Of a DNA stretch of 24,722 nucleotides, positions 16,863 through 24,722 are shown piece by piece (position 1 is the first letter of the stretch; every line of letters starts with the position of its first letter). The DNA comes from a virus (taxonomy: Duplodnaviria > Caudoviricetes). Under the pieces are notes generated by a model that had not been told where the DNA came from, searched no databases, and was given only the letters and a program-made list of their open reading frames with translations. The stretch spans positions 1 to 24,722 of the IMG/VR virus record IMGVR_UViG_3300012933_000024; one strand, written 5' to 3'. Position numbers and translations under genes: made by a program.

Positions 16863-17522
16863 ATGACACAAGAAACCGTTAAATACATCGCAGTATGCAC
16901 ACCAGCAAGAGATATGGTCCACGCGAACTTCACGTTCTGCTTGGTCAATATGGTGGCGTACCACACACTCAACACTCCTGACGCAATCTGCCTAAAAATC
17001 AATCAAGGCACATTGATTCAAAATCAACGCGCAGACCTGTGCCTTGAAGCAATGCGTGAGGACTGCACTCACGTTTTGTTCATTGACTCAGATATGACCT
17101 TCCCACAAGACATGGTTGGTCGTTTGCTGGCGCATGACAAAGATATTGTGGCTACCAACTGCGCTCGCCGCAGGATGCCAACAGGACCAACAGCTCGTGG
17201 ATTAGATGGTGGACTTGTCTACTCAATGCCAGATTCGACAGGCTTGGAAGAGGTCGAGTCCATTGGCATGGGCGTAATGCTCATCTCACGCAAAGTATTT
17301 GAGTCATTGTCAGAGCCTTGGTTTGAAACACCTTGGAGAACAGACAAGCGTGGCTACATTGGCGAAGATATTTTCTTCTGTCGCAAAGCACAGGCTGCTG
17401 GCTTTAAAATATACATAGACCACGATGTGTCGAAGGAAATCGGACACATTGGGACATTTGAATTCAAGCACGATCACACTTGGGTGATGCGTGACTTGGA
17501 GAAGGCTAAAGAGGCAACCTAA
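16863..17522 (+). CDS. Glycosyltransferase-like protein (GT-A fold)
   Basis: IAVCTP, THVLFIDSDM (DxD), GMGVMLI...VF, GEDIFFC, IGHIG. Confidence 0.8.
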   Translation: MTQETVKYIAVCTPARDMVHANFTFCLVNMVAYHTLNTPDAICLKINQGTLIQNQRADLCLEAMREDCTHVLFIDSDMTFPQDMVGRLLAHDKDIVATNCARRRMPTGPTARGLDGGLVYSMPDSTGLEEVESIGMGVMLISRKVFESLSEPWFETPWRTDKRGYIGEDIFFCRKAQAAGFKIYIDHDVSKEIGHIGTFEFKHDHTWVMRDLEKAKEAT

Positions 17523-18142
17523 TGGCACTTTCAACGTATTCAGAGTTAAAGACTTCTGTTGCAGATTGGCTTAACCGAGCAGATTTGACGGCAACCGTTC
17601 CTGACTTCATCTCTTTGGCTGAAGCTCAAGTTGAACGTAAGTTGCGTACACGTCAGATGATTGTTCGTGCTGATGCAACCATTGACACTGAATACAGTGC
17701 TGTTCCTGCTGACTTCCTTGAGGTCAAATCTCTCAAGCTGCAAACGAATCCAGTGACTCCAATGCAGTTTGAGACGATTGACGCTTTAGACAATCTGCAA
17801 GCTCAATTCCCATCTTCTAGCAAGCCACGGTTCTTTTCTATTGTTGGCGGTCAGATTCGTACCGTTCCAATTGCAGACGGTGAGTACAACGCTGAACTCA
17901 CTTACTACGCAAAGTTGTCTAAGTTATCAAACACCAACACCACCAACTGGTTGTTGACTGCTGCTCCTGATGTCTACTTGTATGGCTCGTTGTTACAGGC
18001 TGCTCCATACTTGAAGGATGATGCGAGAATATCAGTATGGGCAACGCTGTATACGTCAGCAATGGAAGACTTGCAAGTTGCTGATGATCGTGGTGCAACT
18101 TCAGGCGGTGCTTTGATTGCAAGAGCAAGAACTTTCGGATAA
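17522..18142 (+). CDS. Putative head-tail adaptor protein
   Basis: TYSELKTSVADWLNR.DL....PDFI.LAEA...TNWLL...PDVYLYGSL; position after the capsid module. Confidence 0.75.
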   Translation: MALSTYSELKTSVADWLNRADLTATVPDFISLAEAQVERKLRTRQMIVRADATIDTEYSAVPADFLEVKSLKLQTNPVTPMQFETIDALDNLQAQFPSSSKPRFFSIVGGQIRTVPIADGEYNAELTYYAKLSKLSNTNTTNWLLTAAPDVYLYGSLLQAAPYLKDDARISVWATLYTSAMEDLQVADDRGATSGGALIARARTFG

Positions 18143-18151
18143 GGATTAAAG

Positions 18152-18547
18152 ATGTCATCTTTCAGCGACTACACAGAGAATCTCGTACTGAATTGGTTGT
18201 TTACAACTAACTCAGCAACCCGTCCCACGGCTTGGTATGTCGGTCTGTTTACAGCAGCCCCATCAGATACTGGCGGTGGTACTGAGGTGTCTGGCAACGG
18301 ATATGAGCGCATTTCTGCTGCCTTCTCAGTTTCAGGAACAAGCCCAACTGTTGCAACAAACAGTTCTGCCATTGAATTCCCAACTGACACAACAGCAAAC
18401 TGGGGAACAATCACGCACATCGCCTTGTTCACTGCTTCAACAAGCGGAACAATGTTGGCTTGGGCGGCATTGTCAACGAGCAAAACAATTGAAGTTGGTG
18501 ACGTTTTGCGTATCCCTGCTGGCGACCTAGACATCTCCTTGACCTAA
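18152..18547 (+). CDS. Small virion/tail-associated structural protein
   Basis: YVGLFTAAP....GGTEVSG.GY.R...WGTITH; Thr/Ser/Gly-rich beta protein. Confidence 0.7.
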   Translation: MSSFSDYTENLVLNWLFTTNSATRPTAWYVGLFTAAPSDTGGGTEVSGNGYERISAAFSVSGTSPTVATNSSAIEFPTDTTANWGTITHIALFTASTSGTMLAWAALSTSKTIEVGDVLRIPAGDLDISLT

Positions 18548-18548
18548 T

Positions 18549-19088
18549 ATGGGCGTTTATGGCGGTTGGAAATACGGAGCTGGTAAATACAATATCGGCT
18601 CCATAGATGCTCAAGCAACAGTTGTTGTTGAGAGTCTATTCGTTTCCACTTCCGTAGACAGAATCAAGGAAGCATCTGCATCATCTTCGTCAACGTCAAT
18701 TGGTTCCTTGTACGGACAAGGCTCCTACGGTTCAGGACAGTTTGGCAATAGATATGCAAGTGCAATCAGAATCAGAGAAGCATCTGCGTCTATTCAAAGT
18801 TCTTCTCAGATAGAATCTGTTTCATACGCGACAAAGGGCGTATCTGCGCTAATCGAAGCCGAAAGTTCTGCGTCTGCAACTGCTATTTTTGACGTTGTTG
18901 CCTCTGCATCCATTGATGCAGAAAGCAATGCAACAGCAACAGCAAACAGGCTCCAGAAGGCTTCTGCTCTGATAAGTGATAGTTCTTCTATGATTGTGAT
19001 TGTTCGCAAGAAGTGGGAAAATGAAGCAGATACATCAGAGACATGGACTGTGATTGAAGACACACCTGAAATCTGGACAAGAGTTTAA
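18549..19088 (+). CDS. Ser/Ala-rich repetitive virion protein
   Basis: YG motifs, repeated (RI.E)ASASI..SS units, Trp-spaced acidic C-terminus. Confidence 0.7.
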   Translation: MGVYGGWKYGAGKYNIGSIDAQATVVVESLFVSTSVDRIKEASASSSSTSIGSLYGQGSYGSGQFGNRYASAIRIREASASIQSSSQIESVSYATKGVSALIEAESSASATAIFDVVASASIDAESNATATANRLQKASALISDSSSMIVIVRKKWENEADTSETWTVIEDTPEIWTRV

Positions 19089-19106
19089 AGACAAGAGGAT
19101 TGAAAA

Positions 19107-19817
19107 ATGGCTGATACAACTACCACGAACTTATCGCTGACAAAGCCAGAAGTTGGCGCGTCAACTGACTCATGGGGTACTAAGCTCAATGCTGACTTGG
19201 ACACCATTGATGGTTTGTTTGATGCTGGTCCTTATCTGAAGGTAACCAAAGGCGGTACTGGTGCTGGCACAGCTGGTGGCGCTCGTACAAACCTTGGAGG
19301 CACAACAGTTGGTCAAGCCGTATTCACGCTGACAAACCCAAGCGCAGTTCGTTACTTGCGTGTCAACGAAGACAATACAGTCACAGCATTGTCTGCTGCT
19401 GATTTTGTAACAGCCATCGGCGCTGGTACTGGAGATGTGACCACAACAGGCTCACAGACGCTGACAAACAAAACAATTCAAGCTGGTACGTTTACCAACG
19501 GCTACACAGAAGAGACTGTTTCTGCAAACACGTCAACTGCTTACACGATTGACTTGGCTAACGGTACTGTTCAAATCCTGACATTGACAGGTAACTGCAC
19601 ATACACATTCCCAACAGCAACTGCTGGCACAAGTTTCACATTGCTTCAAAAGCAAGACGGTACAGGTTCACGCACTGTGACTTGGCCTTCATCTGTTAAG
19701 TGGCCCGCTGGTACTGCTCCTACGATTACATCAACTGCAAGCAAGGGCGATAAGTTCGTTTTTGTTGGTGATGGAACGTACTGGTGGGGTTCAAATGCTG
19801 GTCAGAACTACCTGTAA
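19107..19817 (+). CDS. Tail fibre-like protein
   Basis: [17 protein letters not shown]...WGTKLN anchor, GGTGAGT...ARTNLG, QTLTNKT, C-terminal [17 protein letters not shown] domain. Confidence 0.8.
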   Translation: MADTTTTNLSLTKPEVGASTDSWGTKLNADLDTIDGLFDAGPYLKVTKGGTGAGTAGGARTNLGGTTVGQAVFTLTNPSAVRYLRVNEDNTVTALSAADFVTAIGAGTGDVTTTGSQTLTNKTIQAGTFTNGYTEETVSANTSTAYTIDLANGTVQILTLTGNCTYTFPTATAGTSFTLLQKQDGTGSRTVTWPSSVKWPAGTAPTITSTASKGDKFVFVGDGTYWWGSNAGQNYL

Positions 19818-19827
19818 GGATTAACTA

Positions 19828-21762
19828 ATGTTTAGTTCAAATGGTTCACAGGTTAGCAGCGATGCCAACTACATCGAGGATGTGTTCTCGACTTGGCTTT
19901 ATAAGGGCAACGGTACATCTCAAACAATCACTAATGGTATTGATTTATCTACAAAGGGTGGTTTAGTTTGGGTAAAAGACAGAACTAGCGCAATAGGACA
20001 CTATTTGGTTGATACTGTCCGTGGCGAAGGTAACTATTTAGCCTCAAATGCAACAACTGCAAACACATATCGTGCTGGTGTAATTGGTGGTTTTTCAACC
20101 ACTGGTTTTTCAGTAGACGCGACTTTAAACGCTGGTACAAACACAAATAATGATGCTCTTGCATCATGGACATTCCGCGAGCAAGCTAAGTTCTTTGATG
20201 TTGTGACTTATACGGGTACTGGTACAGCGAGAACTGTGGCGCACAGTCTTGGTTCAGTGCCGAGCTGCATGATTGTTAAAGCAACAAGTACAACAGGAAG
20301 TTGGAAAACATATCATCTTTCTCTTGGTAATACTCAAGCAATTGATTTAAATACAACAAGTGCTGCAAGTGCTTCTGGTATTTGGAACAATACAACGCCA
20401 ACAGCTACAGAATTTACAGTAACGGATAATTTAAACGATTCTGGCGTTACTTACGTTGCCTACCTGTTTGCCCATAACGCAGGAGGCTTTGGCTTAACTG
20501 GCGCAGACAATGTGATTAGCTGTGGTTATGGAACAGCAGCAGCAGGTGACGGCCCAATCAACGTCACATTGGGATATGAGCCTCAGTTTATCCTAATGAA
20601 AAATGCTACTGCTGGTGGTAATTGGTGGGTTTGGGACACAATGAGAGGCATTGGTATTTTTAGCACAGCGCAAACACTCCTTGCAAATACTAGTGAAGCT
20701 GAAACAACTTTAGCGGATTCAACATATCCAATAAACATAACGTCTACTGGGTTTTCAATAAACGCTGGATACCTTACTTGGGGTTCTTCGTCAGATAAGT
20801 TTATCTACATCGCCATCCGCAAAGGCCCGATGAAAGTGCCTACTGATGCGACTAAGGTGTTTACGCCTATTTATCGTTCAGGTACGGGTGCAAACCCAAC
20901 AACAATAACGGCAGGAATTACGCCTGATTTGTTTTTGTCAAAAGCGAGGACGGCTGGCTCCTTGCCATTTTTCGTGACGGATAGATTTCGTGGTGGCACA
21001 AAAGTTTTATCAACATCAAATTCAATTTATAACACTGAAGCTACCGATGCTGGTTGGGTGAAGTTTGACAAACAAACCACTGTTGATGTTGAAGATAGTT
21101 GGCTGATGGGAGCATCCTTTACTTTTACGGATTACTTTTTCAGACGTGCGCCATCATTCTTTGACGAGGTTTGCTATACGGGTACTGGAAGCGCAAGGAC
21201 TGTATCGCATAACTTGCAAGCAGTGCCAGAACTCATACTTTTAAAAAGCAGAAGTATTGCTACTGATTGGAACGTATATTCTGCAACAGTTGGTGCAACT
21301 GGTCGTCTGACATTAAATTACGACCTTGCATCTCAAACAAACTCTGTATATTGGAACGATACTGCTCCAACATCTTCAGTGTTTACTGTCGGCACAGGAA
21401 ACAATACAAACGGCAGCGCCGAAACATACGTTGCCTATTTGTTTGCAACTTGCGCAGGTGTTTCCAAAGTAGGTAGCTACACAGGTAACGGTTCGAATCA
21501 AACAATCAACTGCGGGTTCACTGCTGGCGCTCGATTCATTCTAATTAAACGTACTGACAGCACTGGTGATTGGTATGTTTGGGATACAGCTCGTGGAATT
21601 GTTAGTGGTGATGACGCTCATTTGAGTCTAAACAGCACAGCTGTCGAGGTAACTAATGACGACACAATTGACACTGCTAGTTCTGGCTTCGTGGTCAACC
21701 AGCTTTCTGCCACTAACGTAAACGTAAACGCAGCAACCTATATTTTCTTGGCAATCGCATAA
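19828..21762 (+). CDS. Putative receptor-binding/tail-associated protein with repeated YTG(N/T)G beta-domains
   Basis: 644 aa with about six repeats starting Y(K/T)G(N/T)G or variants and ending YVAY/YIFLAIA; followed by a chaperone gene. Confidence 0.75.
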   Translation: MFSSNGSQVSSDANYIEDVFSTWLYKGNGTSQTITNGIDLSTKGGLVWVKDRTSAIGHYLVDTVRGEGNYLASNATTANTYRAGVIGGFSTTGFSVDATLNAGTNTNNDALASWTFREQAKFFDVVTYTGTGTARTVAHSLGSVPSCMIVKATSTTGSWKTYHLSLGNTQAIDLNTTSAASASGIWNNTTPTATEFTVTDNLNDSGVTYVAYLFAHNAGGFGLTGADNVISCGYGTAAAGDGPINVTLGYEPQFILMKNATAGGNWWVWDTMRGIGIFSTAQTLLANTSEAETTLADSTYPINITSTGFSINAGYLTWGSSSDKFIYIAIRKGPMKVPTDATKVFTPIYRSGTGANPTTITAGITPDLFLSKARTAGSLPFFVTDRFRGGTKVLSTSNSIYNTEATDAGWVKFDKQTTVDVEDSWLMGASFTFTDYFFRRAPSFFDEVCYTGTGSARTVSHNLQAVPELILLKSRSIATDWNVYSATVGATGRLTLNYDLASQTNSVYWNDTAPTSSVFTVGTGNNTNGSAETYVAYLFATCAGVSKVGSYTGNGSNQTINCGFTAGARFILIKRTDSTGDWYVWDTARGIVSGDDAHLSLNSTAVEVTNDDTIDTASSGFVVNQLSATNVNVNAATYIFLAIA

Positions 21763-21772
21763 GGACAACATC

Positions 21773-22213
21773 ATGCAAATTCGTATTCAATCAACAGGCG
21801 CAGTGGTTTATGAAGGAGAGTTCCGCGCTCTATTTCCAAGCACATCATTGCCACAACAACTCACTGAAGCTCTCATCAACGAACTAGGTGGTGATGTAGT
21901 CTTTGAAGGTCAGCAAGCATCTCCTACACGCTATCAGACAGCATTTGCTGATGGTGTTGAGCAGGTTGATGGTAAGTGGTACACCAAGTATTCAGTGGCT
22001 GAAATGAGCGCAGAAGCTATTGCAACAAAAGATGCAGAGCAATCTACTTCTGTTCGTAAGCAACGTGATGACAAGCTGGCTGCAACAGATTGGCGCTATC
22101 GCCGTGACCAGACTACAACTCAGGCATGGGATGACTATTGCCAAGCGTTGCGTGATGTCCCATCTCAGTCTGGCTTCCCTTGGGAAGTAACTTGGCCTAC
22201 ACAACCAGAGTAA
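21773..22213 (+). CDS. Tail fibre assembly chaperone-like protein
   Basis: C-terminal VR.QRD.KLAATDW...W..Y.QALRDVP.Q.GFP..V.WP..P. Confidence 0.82.
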   Translation: MQIRIQSTGAVVYEGEFRALFPSTSLPQQLTEALINELGGDVVFEGQQASPTRYQTAFADGVEQVDGKWYTKYSVAEMSAEAIATKDAEQSTSVRKQRDDKLAATDWRYRRDQTTTQAWDDYCQALRDVPSQSGFPWEVTWPTQPE

Positions 22214-22216
22214 AGC

Positions 22217-22438
22217 ATGGACAACCAGCAACTTTTCAATTTGGTGGTTAGTGTTGCTGGCTTCTTGGCTGTCTACACACTTAACGGCTTGACTCGAAAG
22301 ATTCAACGTCTTGAGGACGAACTCAAGACGCTGCCGCATGACTACGTTCAAAAGGATGACTACCGTCTAGATACCCGTGAAATCAAAGAGATGCTAAAGC
22401 AAATCTTTGACAAGCTAGACGGTAAAGCAGACAAGTGA
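22217..22438 (+). CDS. Small membrane protein (1 TM + coiled coil), holin/antiholin-like
   Basis: N-terminal hydrophobic helix, then YVQKDDY...IFDKLDGKADK; first gene of the lysis region. Confidence 0.6.
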   Translation: MDNQQLFNLVVSVAGFLAVYTLNGLTRKIQRLEDELKTLPHDYVQKDDYRLDTREIKEMLKQIFDKLDGKADK

Positions 22439-22439
22439 T

Positions 22440-23177
22440 GTGGACCCAATCAGTCTCCTTCTTATGGCACAAAGTGCTGTCAGCGCAATCCGCGCTGGTT
22501 GCCAAATGCTCTCAGAAGGTAAGGCTGAAATTGGCAAGTTTAAGAAGCAAGTCGAAGGTGGAGTCGCAGACGCTAAAGCCATCTTCAAAGAAGTCACTGG
22601 AATTTGGGGCTGGATTACAGGACTTTTTTCAGGCACAAGCAAAGCTCGAACAAGCGTTGCAGCAACACCTAAAGTCGAAGCAGCCGCTCCAAAGCCAGCA
22701 GCCAAAAAGAAAAGCAAAGAGCCAGAGCCAGAACTCAGCTACGAAGAGTTCCAAGCCAGAGCCGTCCACGAAATCTGCGAAAACCTTAAAGTCTATTTCG
22801 AAGCCATCCGTCATCTCAAAGCGCACTGCCGAGAACTCGAAGAGGAAGCTCTGACGACAGAGAAGGTTGCCGATAGTGCGATTGACAGGATTGAGATGCA
22901 ATGGCAGATGAAGGAGTTGAACAAGCAACTCAAACAGGCCATGATCTATGGGACTCCGATGGAGCTTGGTCTTGGTGCAATGTACCAAGAGTTCTTAGCT
23001 AAGTACGATGAAATTCTGGAGGAGCAGGAAGTTGCTCGTGAGTTGAAACTCAAGAGAGAGCGTGATACAGCATGGCAACTAGAACACCGCAAAGAGATAC
23101 TGGTCGCCAAAGTAATTTACGCAACAGTGGTAGTGTTCGCACTACTGGAGACGATTGGACTGTATTTCGCCCTATGA
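22440..23177 (+). CDS. Hypothetical coiled-coil protein with C-terminal TM helix
   Basis: MDPISLL start (GTG), Ala/Pro/Lys linker, helical acidic body, C-terminal VIYATVVVFALLETIGLYFAL. Confidence 0.75.
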   Translation: MDPISLLLMAQSAVSAIRAGCQMLSEGKAEIGKFKKQVEGGVADAKAIFKEVTGIWGWITGLFSGTSKARTSVAATPKVEAAAPKPAAKKKSKEPEPELSYEEFQARAVHEICENLKVYFEAIRHLKAHCRELEEEALTTEKVADSAIDRIEMQWQMKELNKQLKQAMIYGTPMELGLGAMYQEFLAKYDEILEEQEVARELKLKRERDTAWQLEHRKEILVAKVIYATVVVFALLETIGLYFAL

Positions 23178-23356
23178 AGGAATTTTGGCTATGGGTAACG
23201 ATAGTGACTCTCATCTTGGTTTGCTTGATGATTTTGTCATTTGCGATTGTCCATACCAATGTTCAAATCAAAAAGGTAGATGCACTTGTACTGCGCTTGG
23301 AAGAGAAGGAAAAGAAACGTGAAAAGACTCGCCGCGATAATCCTGATCTTGAGTAG
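23174..23356 (+). CDS. Small single-TM protein (60 aa)
   Basis: ATG overlaps the upstream stop; FWLWVTIVTLILVCLMILSFAIV followed by a charged coil. Confidence 0.7.
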   Translation: MKEFWLWVTIVTLILVCLMILSFAIVHTNVQIKKVDALVLRLEEKEKKREKTRRDNPDLE

Positions 23357-23534
23357 TCTGACGGCTTGTGAAGACCGTTATCGCTATGCCTGTCAGAATC
23401 CTGATAACTTTAACTTAGCGGAATGTCAGAAGCCTCGCTGTCTGTTCACGCAGACTTGCCCCGAGTATTTAGTCGCCCCTGTATTGGAGAAAAAACTTGA
23501 ACCAGCACAACCCACAGCGTCATCGGACCGTTGA
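23319..23534 (+). CDS. Cys-rich lipoprotein (71 aa)
   Basis: GTG 23319 gives MKRLAAIILILSSLTA|C (lipobox LTAC); the mature part has four further Cys. Confidence 0.75.
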   Translation: MKRLAAIILILSSLTACEDRYRYACQNPDNFNLAECQKPRCLFTQTCPEYLVAPVLEKKLEPAQPTASSDR

Positions 23535-23964
23535 AGAGATTGAAACCCTAGTCTGGGGTTTTGTTGTAGGTGTCGTTACGCTTATCTTGGCGTTCATCGT
23601 CATTGCTTTGCTGTACTCGGTCACATTCGTGGTCCAGCCGATCAAGTCAATGGCTCCAATTGATATGGCCTACACCAAGATGTTGAACGACATTGTTCTT
23701 TTGGTGGTTGGAGGTATCGGTGGGGTAATGAGCCGTAAAGGTATTCAGGCTGCTTCTCAGTCTATGGCTCCTAAGAGTGAGCCACCAAAGGGAGATACAA
23801 CGCCCCCAAAGCCTGTTGACCCATCAGGTGCATTGCCTGTATGGGTCAATCCTGCATTGGATGAGTCTTGGGTTCCACCACCACCACCTACAACTCCACC
23901 TGAACATTTGGAATCTGATGATGTACGAGAAGAGATTGCAGCAGCCAGAGCAGGTGAACGATGA
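23497..23964 (+). CDS. Two-TM membrane protein with Pro-rich C-terminal tail (holin candidate)
   Basis: TTG start after GGAGA SD; hydrophobic LVWGFVVGVVTLILAFIVIALLYSVTFVV and IVLLVVGGIGGVM; PPPPPTTPP. Confidence 0.7.
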   Translation: MNQHNPQRHRTVEEIETLVWGFVVGVVTLILAFIVIALLYSVTFVVQPIKSMAPIDMAYTKMLNDIVLLVVGGIGGVMSRKGIQAASQSMAPKSEPPKGDTTPPKPVDPSGALPVWVNPALDESWVPPPPPTTPPEHLESDDVREEIAAARAGER

Positions 23965-24431
23965 TGAGACTACCAAACCCTTGGATGATTCTTGGAGCTA
24001 TCACTGCCGCTTCTCTTGTCTACTTTTACGCCCACCATGCAGGTTATGCGAAAAGAGATCAAGAGATGCAATTGGAGATTGCAAGGCTGAACGGTGAAGC
24101 TCGCCAAAAAGAGCAAAAACTTGCTGAAGATTTAAACAATACTTCATCACAACTGAAAGAGGCTAACGATGTTGTCACTAAGAAACAAACTGATCTTGAC
24201 GTTGCCATTCGTGCTGGCAGGGTGCGCCTCGGCTCCTCAAGTTGCGTACAAGGGAGTTCAGGTTCCACCACTTCCAGCGGAAATTCAACCGATGCAAGCG
24301 AATCTGACAGACAGACTCTCCTCCTTATTGCTGAAATCGCAGCAGAAGGAGACAAAGCCATCAACAGACTCAACGCTTGCATCGCAGCCTATGAAGCAGT
24401 CAGGAGCCAAGTAAATGACAGTAACCGCTGA
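23961..24431 (+). CDS. Rz: i-spanin (Rz-like)
   Basis: N-terminal TM, long coiled coil, C-terminal GDKAINRLNACIAAYE; contains an embedded lipoprotein ORF. Confidence 0.82.
   Translation: MMRLPNPWMILGAITAASLVYFYAHHAGYAKRDQEMQLEIARLNGEARQKEQKLAEDLNNTSSQLKEANDVVTKKQTDLDVAIRAGRVRLGSSSCVQGSSGSTTSSGNSTDASESDRQTLLLIAEIAAEGDKAINRLNACIAAYEAVRSQVNDSNR
24169..24414 (+). CDS. Rz1: o-spanin (Rz1-like lipoprotein) embedded in the +1 frame of Rz
   Basis: GAGG SD; MLSLRNKLILTLPFVLAG|C lipobox; Pro-rich VPPLPAEIQP. Confidence 0.8.
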   Translation: MLSLRNKLILTLPFVLAGCASAPQVAYKGVQVPPLPAEIQPMQANLTDRLSSLLLKSQQKETKPSTDSTLASQPMKQSGAK

Positions 24432-24722
24432 ACAACTAGCAAAACTTCATATTGGTCCACAGTGGGTTGATGCTTTGAATGAATGCTTTTCACGGTTCAA
24501 TATCAGCACACCACGACAGCAAGCTGCTTTTATTGGGCAATGTGGACATGAGTGTGGCAACTTCCGTATCTTGGAAGAGAACCTGAACTATCGTGCAGAG
24601 ACTTTGATGAAGCTGTGGCCTAAACGCTTTCCTACATTGGAGTTTGCCAAGCAGTACGAAAAAAATCCTCGAAAAATTGCCAACAGCGTTTACTCGAACC
24701 GTATGGGAAACAGAGATGAAGC
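24415..24722 (+). CDS. Endolysin, glycoside hydrolase family 19-like (3' end truncated)
   Basis: Hand translation MTVTAEQLAKLHIGPQWVDALNECFSRFNISTPRQQAAFIGQCGHECGNFRILEENLNY...IANSVYSNRMGNRDE; the AAF..Q..HE and ENLNY motifs match phage GH19 lysins. Confidence 0.88.
   Translation, partial: MTVTAEQLAKLHIGPQWVDALNECFSRFNISTPRQQAAFIGQCGHECGNFRILEENLNYRAETLMKLWPKRFPTLEFAKQYEKNPRKIANSVYSNRMGNRDE

Noticed and set aside
19828-21762. Diversity-generating retroelement target
   Set aside because: No reverse transcriptase and no near-identical repeat differing only at adenines in the window; the internal repeats are old and divergent.
22435-22854. 139-aa alternative-frame ORF overlapping 22440-23177
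   Set aside because: Low-complexity Ser/Lys/Gln shadow frame with no lipobox or TM segment.
23486-23500. G AAA AAA C as a programmed frameshift fusing the lipoprotein to the 2-TM protein
   Set aside because: A GGAGA SD with normal spacing to TTG 23497 explains independent initiation; no stimulatory structure was evident.
1-24722. Stop-codon reassignment
   Set aside because: Genes are intact and densely packed under the standard code. TAG is rare but does terminate 23174-23356.

Overview
This 24.7 kb window is a segment of a tailed dsDNA phage or prophage (Caudoviricetes) with a podovirus-like head module. The host is probably Gram-negative, given the embedded Rz/Rz1 spanin pair and GH19-type endolysin. 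Layout: (1) 1-2000, a leftward operon of small early genes, including a DnaJ-type Zn-finger peptide missed by the ORF track. (2) 2001-2266, a divergent control region with two copies of a 14-bp palindromic operator and what looks like a self-contained ~90-nt sRNA gene (promoter, two hairpins with pyrimidine-rich loops, one anti-SD-like, and a terminator). (3) 2267-8229, a rightward replication/recombination module: leaderless Cro-like HTH, RuvC-like resolvase, Cas4-like/DUF2800 nuclease, SSB-like protein, primase-helicase, then an iteron/cruciform origin candidate. (4) 8298-17522, packaging and head genes (TerS, TerL, portal, scaffold, major capsid) interleaved with two glycosyltransferase-like genes and a SAM methyltransferase. 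(5) 17522-22213, adaptor, tail fibre and chaperone genes. (6) 22217-end, a large membrane/lysis cassette. No integrase, DNA polymerase, tRNA or CRISPR array was seen. All family calls come from motif recognition by eye, not database searches.
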